A stretch of 54,623 nucleotides of DNA, counting the filler, from Diploschistes diacapsis (lineage: Eukaryota): the NCBI GenBank assembly GCA_023645945.1. It is 5 parts of 5 records of this genome, joined end to end, with 100 filler letters (N's around TTAATTAATTAA, not from the genome) between each part and the next. Parts side by side here need not be neighbours in the genome. Positions count along the whole stretch, not along the records: positions 32,854 to 43,694 come from JALAIB010000884.1; positions 43,795 to 54,623 come from JALAIB010000885.1; 3 more parts are not named here. One strand, 5' to 3'. A model generated the notes under the pieces. That model made no database searches and had not been told where the DNA came from. It was given only the letters and a program-made list of their open reading frames with translations. A program made the translations under genes and the position numbers. This document shows, one piece after another, positions 37,874 to 49,499 of this stretch (position 1 is its first letter; each line of letters opens with the position of its first letter).

Positions 37874-39430
37874 CCGAGGACCAGCATGGAGGGTCAATGT
37901 GAAATCATAAAAGGGTAATTCAAAACAATGAAAATGGTACGTTTCTGAGAAGAATCACTAGCGGCAGGTGCAACCACTGGATAGCCATATACTGAGATGG
38001 AAAGAGAACCATACTTGCGCGAAGCTTTGAGCTTACATACCTAGCAATGAGACCCCGCACTAGCAGGAAGATCTAGAGCAAGAAGCCTATGGATGTAACG
38101 TTCCGTTGTACAGACATTGACAGAGTTGTACAAGCTCCATTTAGTCTGTCAAACTTTCCAGCTTCAAGTCGCTTTCAACCAAGCGATAATAATGTACGGC
38201 ACTGCATCTATAATGATGAAAAACGGAAGCCAGAAACATGCTGCTAGGTAAAATGAGAACACTGTACTTTACCGTCTATTGTGATGGTTCCACTCTTTCA
38301 ATATTATAATGCTTAGATATTCATAACGATGCTTCTTTAGAGGATCACAGGGTTTTGTACAACCCACAAAGAAAAGAGGTTCCATCTGAAGTTTCTGTGG
38401 AGGTGTAAGTAAGCGGTATGCAGGAGAAGCTGGACAAGGACACAGCCCTGTTTTCTTAGGCGGGTATGATGTCAAGATGCGACCTTTTACCCAGCCTAAG
38501 TAGATTTGGAGCGTAGATCAGCCTCTAGTAGATTCGGATTTTAGGTAGAGAATGCATACATTTTTGAAAAAAGCAACGGAGTCCCCATATTCTGCCAAGA
38601 CTGTCTCTTATGGTGATGTTGTTGACTCGATCCCTGGCCTTAGTCGTTATTCAATTAAAATGGACGACAGCAATGGTGTCAACGCTGTTATCGACGAGCA
38701 AGCGCGTTTCTGGCCTATTTCACAGGTTCTTTCTGGTAGTGAACTTGAATATATTGGGCTTAGTATGCCCTGCAGCATCTGCGATAGTATCTAGCAGCTT
38801 TTCGTCGTCCCTGTAGTGACTTTAGGCCATGGTGTAGCTGAAGTACCTCGTTAGTGTAGTGAATTAGTGGGATTGGATGTAACTCGGCACAACAAGGCCA
38901 TGAATCTACCAATATCTACTCAAAAAAAAAGTAGATTGCATAGCTCACTAAAATTTAACTATGAAGGGCAGCTACGACGTCTGTTGCGCCGACGTAATCA
39001 TGTGTCATGCCGACACATGGTGCCTATGTATTATTGCTGTGCGCGCTAACAGCTCGAGCTAGGGGTTTAGATGGTGTGAGTCGGGAAAATTCGATACCGA
39101 CCGTTTCAGGAAACAGCTTTCCATTCTATCCCCTAGAGCTCAAAAAATCTCGATCTGGTCATTATAGGCCATTAAAAATGGCAAGCTGAGGGTTGCTACT
39201 ATGATTCTCGTAGCATCTATTACAAGTTTTGAAGCCTCACACTAATTCCTACTGGCTCTTCTATTCTTACTCGCGAGGCGAGTCAGATGAGTAAAGGTGA
39301 TCTCGCCGATGATCGCAAGACATTCTCCACAACACGCCTGTCTTTGGAGTTGCCAGACATACAAATCCCGATGCCGTGAGAGACTTCGTGTGTTCAAGGA
39401 GTGTTGTCCTGAGCTTTCGTTAGCTACACC

Positions 39431-42400
39431 ATGCTGGGCGCCAATCTTCTGCCAGCGCGCTTCCGATTAGGATATAACCAGACTGGTACCGAGGCCCCAA
39501 GTTGGTTGAACAATTGGCTTTCACCATTTCTGCAATCCCTTACAAGAAGATCTTGCAACCATCCAATTCACACCATTGTCTTCGTTCTCCTACTCGCGAG
39601 CACTTCCTACGTTGGATTCCTGGAAGGAGGTCTAACCGATCCCAAGACTTCGAATGGAGCTTCTGGGTCCATTGACTTTGGTACTCTGGTAGGCGGCAGC
39701 AGGCAGCTGAAATTGGGCAAGGAGACAAGCTGGAGATGGCAACAAGACAGTCGAGCAGCAGACCAAGTACAATCGGTAAGATGTTACTACCAATAAATGG
39801 ACCTGAGCTCATGATAGCAGCCGGAGAGCCACCTCGCACTGGTGACTCTCATCTTCCCCAACTCTCTGTCGCATACATCTCCGCAGACAGCACCCGCGGC
39901 TAATGCTGTTCCATTTCCTCGCAACGCCTCCGTAACAACATTACCTTCAACCTCGAACCCCTTTTCGCCAATTTCACAGGATAGTGCCCTTGCATATTCG
40001 CTCCCGTGGAGACGAGTGCAGGCTTTCTTAGACGGAATCAGAGAGATACCGGAACAGAGCAAAACAGGGGGAGATAGTGAAAGAATATGGATAACGAAAG
40101 CGCCAAAGAGTAGTACTTCGGGGAAGTCGTTGAAGGAATGGGCTTATAATGCATGGTCGGAGTTTATTGACCTTTTGAAGGTAGTCGTTACGTTGTGCCG
40201 TGTTTCTTGCGCTGACTGGGACAGAATGCCGAAACGCTAGATATCACGATAATGTTTTTGGGGTATCTCTCCATGCATCTTACATTTGTCTCGCTTTTTG
40301 TGTCGATGAGGCGTATGGGATCAAACTTTTGGCTCGGAACCTCTACACTCTTTTCGTCACTATTTGCATTTTCGTTTGGATTGGCCGTTACGACAAAGCT
40401 CGGCATACCCATCAATATGGTGCTACTCTCCGAAGGGCTTCCGTTTCTCGTCGTAACGGTCGGATTCGAGAAGCCGATCGTTCTTACAAAGGCTGTGCTC
40501 TCTGCATCGGTCAACGCCCGCCGCCAGAGCGCGCAGCCAGGCAGTCCTGTCCCGAGGGACACTGCCGAGGACAAAAGAACGGTTCAGTTTGCAGTCCAAT
40601 CTGCGGTCAAGGAGAGAGGGTTCGAGATTGTACGAGACTATGCCATCGAGATTGCAATACTCATAGCCGGCGCGGCATCGGGCATTCAGGGAGGCCTCCG
40701 GCAGTTTTGCTTTCTTGCTGCTTGGATCATGTTTTTTGACTGCCTGCTCTTGTTTACATTTTACACGGCCATTCTTTGCATAAAGCTGGAGATCAATCGG
40801 ATCAAGCGACATGTCGCTCTGCGCCGAGCATTGGTGGAGGATGGAGTCAGCCGAAGGGTCGCAGAGAATGTCGCAAATAGTAGCGAATGGCCAAGGCTTG
40901 AGAGTCAGTCCGGCAAGTCGGAGAAGCCAGGCGCTGCAGTCTTTGGCAAGAACGTTGGCGAAAGCAGCGTCCCGAGGTTCAAGGTTCTTCTGTTTGGCGG
41001 TTTTCTACTCGTCAACGCCATCAACATCTGCACGATCCCTTTCCGAGCTGGAAACAAGACTTCCGTCTCTCCGACAGTCTCTGGAATCCAAGGCGTACTA
41101 AACTCCCCACCAATCGACCCTTTCAAGGTCGCGGAGAATGGACTCGATTACCTGCATGCCGAGGCCGAGCGGAAAGACCAGGCAACGATCGTCACGGTCC
41201 TACCTCCCATAAAATACGAGTTGCGCACGCCAGAAAGTCCAGAAGAGAATGATGCCCTCTTTGAAGGAGACTACGATCACATTCTTGATGCTATGGGCGG
41301 GAAGGTTATCGGGGGTGTTTTGAAAAGCTTGGAAGACCCAGTACTCGGCAAGTGGATCATCGTCGCGCTAACCATGAGTTTGGCACTCAACGGCTACCTG
41401 TTCAATGCTGCCAGGTGGAGCATCAAGGATCCAAAGACCGCCCACGACAGCGCAGACGAGCCAGCAAGTCCCCACACAGCATTCATGGAGCCTCTGCGAC
41501 CAGCACCCGAGCCAATTCCGGCTGCATCCAACGGGCATGCCATCGAACCCAAGAGGGTACACGACGAGCCGCCGGAACATGGCGAGCGAAGCATGGAGGA
41601 ATGCGAGCAAATGGTCAAGAACGGAAGAGCGGCAGAGCTTAGCGACAAGGAACTGCTCGGACTGACGGTCAGAGGCAAAATCGCGGGCTATGCCCTGGAG
41701 AAGACGCTAGACAATCCAAAGGCGATGACGAAACTACAGTCGTTGACCAGGGCCATTAAGATTCGTCGAGGCCTGATATCGAGGACACCCGCAACCTCCG
41801 AGACCACCGGCATGCTGGAGCACTCGAAGTTTCCATATAAGGACTACAACTACGAGAACGTGCACGGTGCATGCTGTGAGAACGTTATCGGGTACTTGCC
41901 CCTGCCGTGTGGCGTCGCTGGGCCCATGGTGATTGACGGACAAAGCTATTTTCTGCCAATGGCTACGACAGAAGGCGTGCTGGTTGCAAGCACGAACCGT
42001 GGCTGCAAAGCGATCAACGCCGGCGGAGGAGCGATGACCATGCTCACCGGTGACGGCATGACCAGAGGGCCCTGCGTCGGATTCGATACCCTTGCACGCG
42101 CCGGAGCAGCAAAACTCTGGCTAGATTCTGGCGAAGGCCAAAGCATCATGAGGAAAGCATTTGACTCTACAAGTCGCTTTGCAAGGCTGCAAAGTATGAA
42201 GACGGCCTTGGCTGGAACTTATCTCTACATTCGCTTCAAGACAACAACAGGCGACGCCATGGGTATGAATATGATATCCAAGGGCGTCGAATGTGCCCTG
42301 AACGTGATGAAGACCGAAGGCAGCTTCGACGACATGAACATTATCTCCGTATCTGGCAATTATTGTACCGACAAGAAGGCGGCCGCGATCAACTGGACCG

Positions 42401-43157
42401 ACGGCCGAGGCAAGAGCGTCGTTGCCGAGGCTATCATTCCGGGCGACGTCGTCCGCAAGCTGCTGAAAAGCGATGTCAACGCGCTGGTCGAGCTCAACAC
42501 CTCGAAGAATCTCATCGGTAGCGCCATGGCCGGTAGCATAGGCGGGTTTAATGCGCACGCCGCCAATATCGTGGCTGCCATGTTTCTTGCTACGGGCCAA
42601 GATCCAGCCCAAGTTGTCGAGTCTGCCAACTGCATCACGGTCATGAAAAAGTGAGTATCCTTCGTGTCTCATGTCCGGGTCCTCCACAGCTCGCACCTTT
42701 TTCTCTGTTCTCCCATCCCTTTCTCTGTTTCTTGCACCTCTTCCTCGCCATCTAAAATCCCTTGCCCAATACTAACATCAGCCCATCCAGCTACAACGGC
42801 AACCTCCAACTATCCGTCAGCATGCCCTGCATCGAAGTCGGTACCATCGGCGGCGGCACCGTGCTCGAGCCGCAACAGGCCATGCTCGACATGCTCGGGG
42901 TTCGGGGGCCGCACCCGACCAACCCGGGCGACAACGCACGGCGACTGGCCCGCATCATCGCCGCTACCGTGTTGGCAGGAGAGCTGAGCCTGTGCAGTGC
43001 CCTTGCGGCGGGGCACTTGGTACAGGCGCACATGGCGCACAACAGGAGCACGGTGCCCACGAGGGCGGCGACGCCCGTCAGTGAGGCGGTCAAGGCGGCG
43101 CCAAGCAAGGGGCAGATTAGGGAAGGGTTGGAGATGACGGCTGTCAAGAAAGGATGA
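39431..43157 (+). CDS. HMG1: 3-hydroxy-3-methylglutaryl-CoA reductase (class I, with HPIH and sterol-sensing domains)
   Basis: HPIHTIV; SSD ([16 protein letters not shown]); [33 protein letters not shown] and HMAHNRS motifs. Introns at ~39776-39817, ~40181-40224 and ~42652-42790. Confidence 0.97.
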
Positions 43158-43694
43158 GGCTAAAGAGCAGGTTCTTCGGAAGAGAAAGACTAGGCAAGGC
43201 GGAGAAGGGTGCGGGGGTGGTTCAGCTGTACATAGTTTTGTGGACTGGCCGGGTCATGGTTTGGAGAGGCGTCCTATCTGCATTTGCGGCTGGATGGAAA
43301 GGCATAGAGGTGAGACGGTCGTCTTCTGGAGACTTGTCACACATTTAATCTTATGTGTGCCGGCGGAGTCTTCCGATCGTCTCGAAGCGTTCAGCGAGCG
43401 TCATAGTGAATTATGAGAAATAACATATCCTCATACTGGCTTCTGAACTGCTTCAGATCACTATCCCCTAGCATGTGGGGGATTTGTTTTCCTCAAAAGC
43501 GCCTTTGGGGCATCAAACAGCCACCGACATGGCACGGGAAATCCCATAACCTACGTCGAATTCTTCCCTTGCATGAACTCAAAAAACAGCCTTCAATGCC
43601 ACATAGAGTCCTTCCGACCCCCCCGCCCCTCAGGTAGTTTTGGGGAGCCGTTCTGCTGTTCAGATAGGGGTGTTTTTGACGATGACATTCAGAG

Positions 43695-43794
43695 NNNNNN
43701 NNNNNNNNNNNNNNNNNNNNNNNNNNNNNNNNNNNNNNTTAATTAATTAANNNNNNNNNNNNNNNNNNNNNNNNNNNNNNNNNNNNNNNNNNNN
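43695..43794. other. Artificial contig linker
   Basis: N44-TTAATTAATTAA-N44. Confidence 0.98.
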
Positions 43795-43830
43795 CCCTCC
43801 TCTACTCCCTCTCCCATCCTCTCTCCGCTC

Positions 43831-44673
43831 TCAATACACCTCCGCAACTCCGCACCCGTTAACCAGTGTAGGTATCGCCCGCACGTCGCCGAAAAACTCC
43901 CCGTCGTCGCGCATCTCCATGCCCCACCCCTGCTCCAGCGCCTCCACCCGGCCCCACAGGCTGCCGATTTCCGCATAGAGCTGCTGCCGCTCCGCAACCT
44001 CCAGCGCGAGACGGGCGCGGAGCAGCGCGATTTCCGCACGCTGCTGCTCTGTGAGCGTGGATTCTGGGGTGGGCGCGGCTTCGCTGGGGTGTGGGTCGTC
44101 GGGGCCAGTAGCGACGTGCTCGGTGACGTCCAGGCTTGCGTTGAGGTTGAGGTTGAGGTTGTTGTAGGGGGAGCGGCGGATCACGCTGTCGTTGCCCGTC
44201 GGTATCGGGGGCTGCGCGGTGCTGTTGGGAGTTGTTAGGTCTAGGCTTGCGTCTAGGTCTGGGCTTAGGTCTGACGCCAAATCCATGTCCATATAGCCAT
44301 GGCCATCCGTGCTCCAATCCAAGCCCTCCGCGCTGGACAACGCGTGCGTGTCCCATCCATCGGAACCGGGCGCGCAGCCGGTGTCGACAGTGCCGGCGTC
44401 GGCGGAAACGTCGTGCAGCGGCTCCACGGCGTACTGGCCGTTGCTCGCCATGGTGAGGAGATTGAGGTCCGTGTGCTGGGCGTCCCAGGCGGCGAGGAAC
44501 TCGACGGTCGAGCTGAAGCCTAGGTCGGACAGGGCGGCGGCGAGGGAGGCGTCGGTGAGGATGCCGGTGGGCAGGATGGGAGAGGTGGCTGAGGTCCTGG
44601 TGGAAGGGCGGAAGGGTAGGGAGATGGGGGTTTGGAGAGCTGTGGGCGTGGACGTGGACGTAGACGTGGACAT
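43831..44673 (-). CDS. Hypothetical protein (280 aa) with acidic/low-complexity N-half and C-terminal coiled coil
   Basis: GC-rich ORF with CAGCACC ATG context. Heptad-like QQRAEIALLRARLALEVAERQQLYAEIGSLWGRVEALE. Confidence 0.65.
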   Translation of the reverse strand: MSTSTSTSTPTALQTPISLPFRPSTRTSATSPILPTGILTDASLAAALSDLGFSSTVEFLAAWDAQHTDLNLLTMASNGQYAVEPLHDVSADAGTVDTGCAPGSDGWDTHALSSAEGLDWSTDGHGYMDMDLASDLSPDLDASLDLTTPNSTAQPPIPTGNDSVIRRSPYNNLNLNLNASLDVTEHVATGPDDPHPSEAAPTPESTLTEQQRAEIALLRARLALEVAERQQLYAEIGSLWGRVEALEQGWGMEMRDDGEFFGDVRAIPTLVNGCGVAEVY

Positions 44674-45477
44674 GGTGCTGTGGTGGTGGAGGCGATGGGT
44701 CCGTGGGGTGAGTGCTGTTGAGTGTGGATAAAGAAGAGGCCTGGATATCTGTGTTGAGTATGTATGTGGCTGTGTTTGAGAGAAGAGGGGTGCTCAGGTG
44801 CTGTGATTAGATACTATCAGGGTTGGGAAGAGTTTTGAATTGCTTGGGAGAGAAGAGAAGGGAGGATCGTCCAGAGATTTATTTGAGCCAGGCAGGGAAG
44901 AAATATTGGGCTTGAATGGCCTTCTCGAAGGTCTTTGATGTGCTGAACGGAGATGCAGATTTGGAAAGGAGCAGTGGTGCTTGGAGCCTTGGGGTCTGGA
45001 GTCGGTGCTGGCTGGGCTTCAGAGCTGCGGACAAAGGAAACAGAGGCATTGTCCCCTCAAGTGGTGACGAGCAGAGGAGCCTGAAGCCTCGGGGTGTGGA
45101 TTCGGTACTGGCCGAGCTCAGAGTGGGGAATAAAGGAAACAGAAGCATTGTCTTGTCAAGGCTTCTTTCTCTATATGGTGACAAAGAGGTGACAATGTCT
45201 TTCTTTTCCCCTTGGCAACAAGGAGGCAGGGAAATGCCAGGAGTTGGATATCAAGCTTGAAAGAGAATGATATAGGACTCGTCCAAGGGGTACATGCATA
45301 TGCCATTGATAGGTCAGAATTGGGTCTTCGCTTAGAGAGCTGTATTACGGCTAACATTAACGAGCAAGCCAAAACTCTTGTAGGGGAATGCAACTATTAG
45401 TAATACAACCTCTATCGCTGGATTAAAAGTGCTACCTTCACGCAACCAATGCGTAGATGCCCTATGCCTTTGATGCC

Positions 45478-47030
45478 TTACAAATAGAGACCTTCTGGCT
45501 CGTTCTCAGACTTGGTCTTCATCACGCGGTCCCTTGCTGATCGGAAATCGGCCATTTGCACACGCATGCGCCGTTCCCGGAGTGCCATCAAGCCGGCCTC
45601 TGAGCACATGGCCTTGATGTCGGCACCAGAAAGATCATCCTTCTGGTTTATAAACTCGTCAAGGTCGACATCCTCGGCGAGTGACATCTTCGACGTATGG
45701 AGGGTAAAGATCTTCTTCTTCGTTGCCTCTGTAAAAATGTTAGTATTAATAGATGAAATACATAAAAGACTTACGGTCGGGATTCTCAAAGAGAATCTTT
45801 CGATCAATACGACCAGGACGAATCAAAGCGGGATCCAGGGTCTCGATCTTGTTCGTCGCCATGATGACCTTGACGTCTCCTCGGTCGTCGAACCCATCAA
45901 GCTGGTTAAGCAGCTCCAGCATTGTTCTTTGCACTTCACGCTCACCTCCAGAGGTAGACTCGTATCGTTTGGTGCCGATCGCATCAATCTCATCGATGAA
46001 GACAATAGAGGGCGCGTGCTCTGCCGCCACTTGAAATATCTGTCGAACAAGACGAGGACCATCCCCGAGATATTTTTGAATAAGTTCGCTGCCGACAATC
46101 CGCAGAAACGTTGCACTCGTTTGGTTCGCAACAGCCTTCGCCAGTAATGTCTTTCCAGTACCAGGTCCACCGTACAGAATGACACCCTTTGGTGGTTTTA
46201 TACCCATCTCTTCGTACAGCTCCGGGTGTAGTAACGGAAGCTCCACAGCCTCTCTGACCTCTTGAATCTGCGACTCCAAGCCTCCTATATCGGCATAGGA
46301 TTCTGTGGGTGCCTTGTCGAGCTTCATTACTGATACTAGCGGGTCGGCATCGTCCGTTAGGACACCCACCACCGACACTGATTTGTGATGCAGTAATATG
46401 CTGGCGCCGGGCTCAAGCAGGTCTTTGTCGACAAATGACATAATTGACACGTAGAACTCCGGTCCTGTTGCGCTTGAGACGATGGCATGATCATCGTCAA
46501 TCATCTCTTCAAGATTACCGACTCCCATGGGACTGCCACGCATGTCATCGACCCTACTCCTTTCATCTGCATTCCTATCTAGAGAATCGGAGTCTCCACC
46601 TGCCATCTGAGGTCCCTTTTCTTTGGCGGCCTTGGCCTTCCGGATTCGTTCTTGATTCTCAACAAACTCTTCTTCTAGTAGCAGATGATCGTGAATACGT
46701 TGCATACGAAGGTATCTCAGTTTACATCGCGCAGTAGGGTAAATGGTTGGAAGCTTGGCCGATGCATTCGGTCCGGCAGCTCTGCGCTTCTTGCGTCCGA
46801 TGCGCGTTGTCGGTTGTGGCGGAGGCTCGTACTTTGGTTTTTCCTTCTATAGAACACATGATTAGCAACTTTAAAAGCAAAGCATGCGAAACAGCCTGCA
46901 GAAAATGCGTACCTTCTTGTCCTTGTCATCTTTACCATCGCCACCTGGTCCGCCTCCGAACTGCGACTGTGAATTCCCCTAATAGGCGGGTCAGTAATAT
47001 AATTACAAATAGAACTTTCAAACCCACCAT
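45478..47030 (-). CDS. RPT2: 26S proteasome AAA-ATPase regulatory subunit 4 (Rpt2)
   Basis: [11 protein letters not shown]...[12 protein letters not shown]...; Walker A GPGTGKT, Walker [19 protein letters not shown], and C-terminal HbYX GLYL. Exon 1 is only ATG. Confidence 0.96.
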
Positions 47031-47569
47031 AATAGAGTAACCTCAGAGTACAAGGTAATAGCCTGAGCTTCCACTTCAAATTACGGACAAGATACAAGAG
47101 CGATGGGTTGAGATGGAGCAGGTAAAAGATTAGTAAACTTGCGGAAACGTGATCTTCTCCGAAAGCTGGAATCTCACCGCCAAATTTCTGCCAACTGTGA
47201 CCAATCATGTCCGGTGGTGCGATAGCTCCCATAGGACCGACTCGAAGGTTTCCTACTCCATTATCAACACCCTTTCTACAGAATTTACCGAATGTGAAAC
47301 CTGAATCTCGAGGTTTTAGATGCTGTCTTGACCCATTTCGCTTTCCGAGCCTTGTGCACACCTTACGACGTTTACTTTTGAGACACAATCGTCGTTCATA
47401 CCCAGCCTTAGAACTTTGTTCCACGCAGCTTAGTCCTAGACTCGCATCTGGGTTTGGAGCGCTTCGCTGAACGCAGACCACGAGCTAGAGGAACGCTTTG
47501 AGTCTTTCACACGCAGATTTATTCTCTTTCTTGATCCTCTGACTAATCGGTTTTCTTGTGTCTTGTGTC

Positions 47570-48401
47570 ATGGCTTCGAACCGAGCCCGCAGAGTCCGCA
47601 AAGAGATTTCCGATATCCACGGTGACAAGATCTCAAAGATCACAGTCACTCATGGAGACGACATGATGCACCTGAAGGGCACGTTTCAAGGACCTCCTGG
47701 AACACCGTACGAGGGCGGGTCCTACACGATTGACATCACCATACCTCCAGATTACCCGTTTCGGCCCCCGGTAATGAGATTCGACACCAAAGTCTGGCAT
47801 CCGAATGTTAGCAGCCAGACTGTATGTACTTCATCCCGAAAAGCTATATTTCGTGCTGAACTGAATACCTAGGGTGCAATCTGCTTGGACACATTATCAT
47901 CTGCCTGGTCACCAGTTCTTACTATTAAGTCGGCCTTGCTCTCCCTGCAATCGTTGCTTAGCACCCCAGAACCAAAGGACCCGCAAGATGCAGAAGTTGC
48001 CAAGATGCTAATGCGCCACCCCAAAGAGTTTGAGCGTGTAGCAGCAGAGTGGGCAGAAAAGTATGCAGGCGCTCCTAAGCGGGAACGTGGAGAAACGAGC
48101 GGGGGTGCAACCGCAGAGACCATAAAGAAACGGCAGAAAAAGTCCAAGGAGCAGGAGGAAGAAGATCGGAGGGCACAGTACGTAAACGCCTGCATTGAAA
48201 CTTTGGATAGCTCATAATAAGTCTAGATACCGCGGGTACAACGAACAGATGGTGGATAGCTTCGTCAACATGGGCTTCGATCGTGATCAGGTTGTGGCTG
48301 CCTTTGACTTTGTCGGGATCGATCCTAATAACGGCGAATACTACGAAATGGAGGAAGCATATATGGGTGACGTGACCGCACGCTTACTTGGAGAGCCATG
48401 A
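47570..48401 (+). CDS. UBC1: Ubiquitin-conjugating enzyme E2-25K with UBA domain
   Basis: [31 protein letters not shown] (catalytic Cys), [12 protein letters not shown], and UBA-like FVNMGFDR. Two introns. Confidence 0.93.
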
Positions 48402-49499
48402 GCTCTGAAGTTCATTTCTCAGTTCTCCATGCTATTATGATTGCATATGATCAATATTCGCCGCTCGGGCTAACTTGGAGTCTCGGAGATGTGCATTAAG
48501 GCTACCGGATTAGCGCTACTGGCTTGGGACGACTTATGATAGTAACACTGCTTCACAAATTTTGTCCGATCGTTTTCTGCATGTGCTCTGCAAATTGCTT
48601 GAAAGACGTCAACTATGCTACAGCCATTGCAACGGGCTTCCTCATGACCCCTAAACGCAATGCCGAACAAGCTAACGGTCGTGCAGGGCCCCGCAACAAC
48701 TCACTCAATTATCAAAGCTCAAGCTCCACTATGACGGCTAAATGAAGAGATTCTGCTCGCATATTAACAAGAGCTCCCTTCGGAAGCTTCCAACGCCGCG
48801 AAAGCTACCAAGACCTTCCAGCGCGCCATCTTCCTTTGTCAACGATGCCAACCTTCAAAACCTTCACGACTCTTGGCTTACCTGTTAACACATGTGAGGA
48901 ATTCCAGGAAGCCTGTGTGTAGCCCTTCTCGATCCTATTCTATCCTTCTCTCCTGGAAAGGCCTGTGTACGTTTAGGCTATACCGGGACCCGATACGATG
49001 AGATTGGTGCGCGGATAGAAGGCTATGCGCAGCCGCTATGAGGTCTCGAACCGCTGCCAGCAGGAGGTTACAGCTGCTTTGGACGGATTACGGAACGGCA
49101 CAAACCCAGGCCACCCAAAGGACCAAAGGATGGTGGAGATGTGCTCCATTGGGTTTGAGCTGGCAACTGCTGGCAGTCATAACCGGAACCCGTTCTAGTT
49201 TGCAGGTAAATCTGACGTAGGTAAGATGCCGAATACAAGTTGGTTGTGGTTCCGCGTCTTTGTGAATCCCTGGTTTGACCAGGAACGGAGCCCTTTACTC
49301 GCCCGAGCGCTTGGAAGTGGATTTGGGCCGTCTCGATACCTTCCACAGAGGTGATGGGTGGAATAATGCGCCGGAGGGTTGTACGCAAAATGGACAGCTA
49401 ATCGGGCTCAAGGCAACTCGACCCAAAATTGTCTACACAGGTAACTTTACAATGTTTACATACAGTTTTCTATGTACCTTTTCTAACTTAAACTAGATT

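Noticed and set aside
10087..43157. Isoprenoid/lipid gene cluster (RER2, ACB1, GT2, HMG1)
   Set aside because: Apart from ACB1/RER2, the genes lie on different contigs that are adjacent only through length sorting.
10899..43750. Regularly spaced TTAATTAATTAA palindromes as a biological repeat or recombination site
   Set aside because: Always embedded in N44 runs; it is a six-frame-stop assembly linker.
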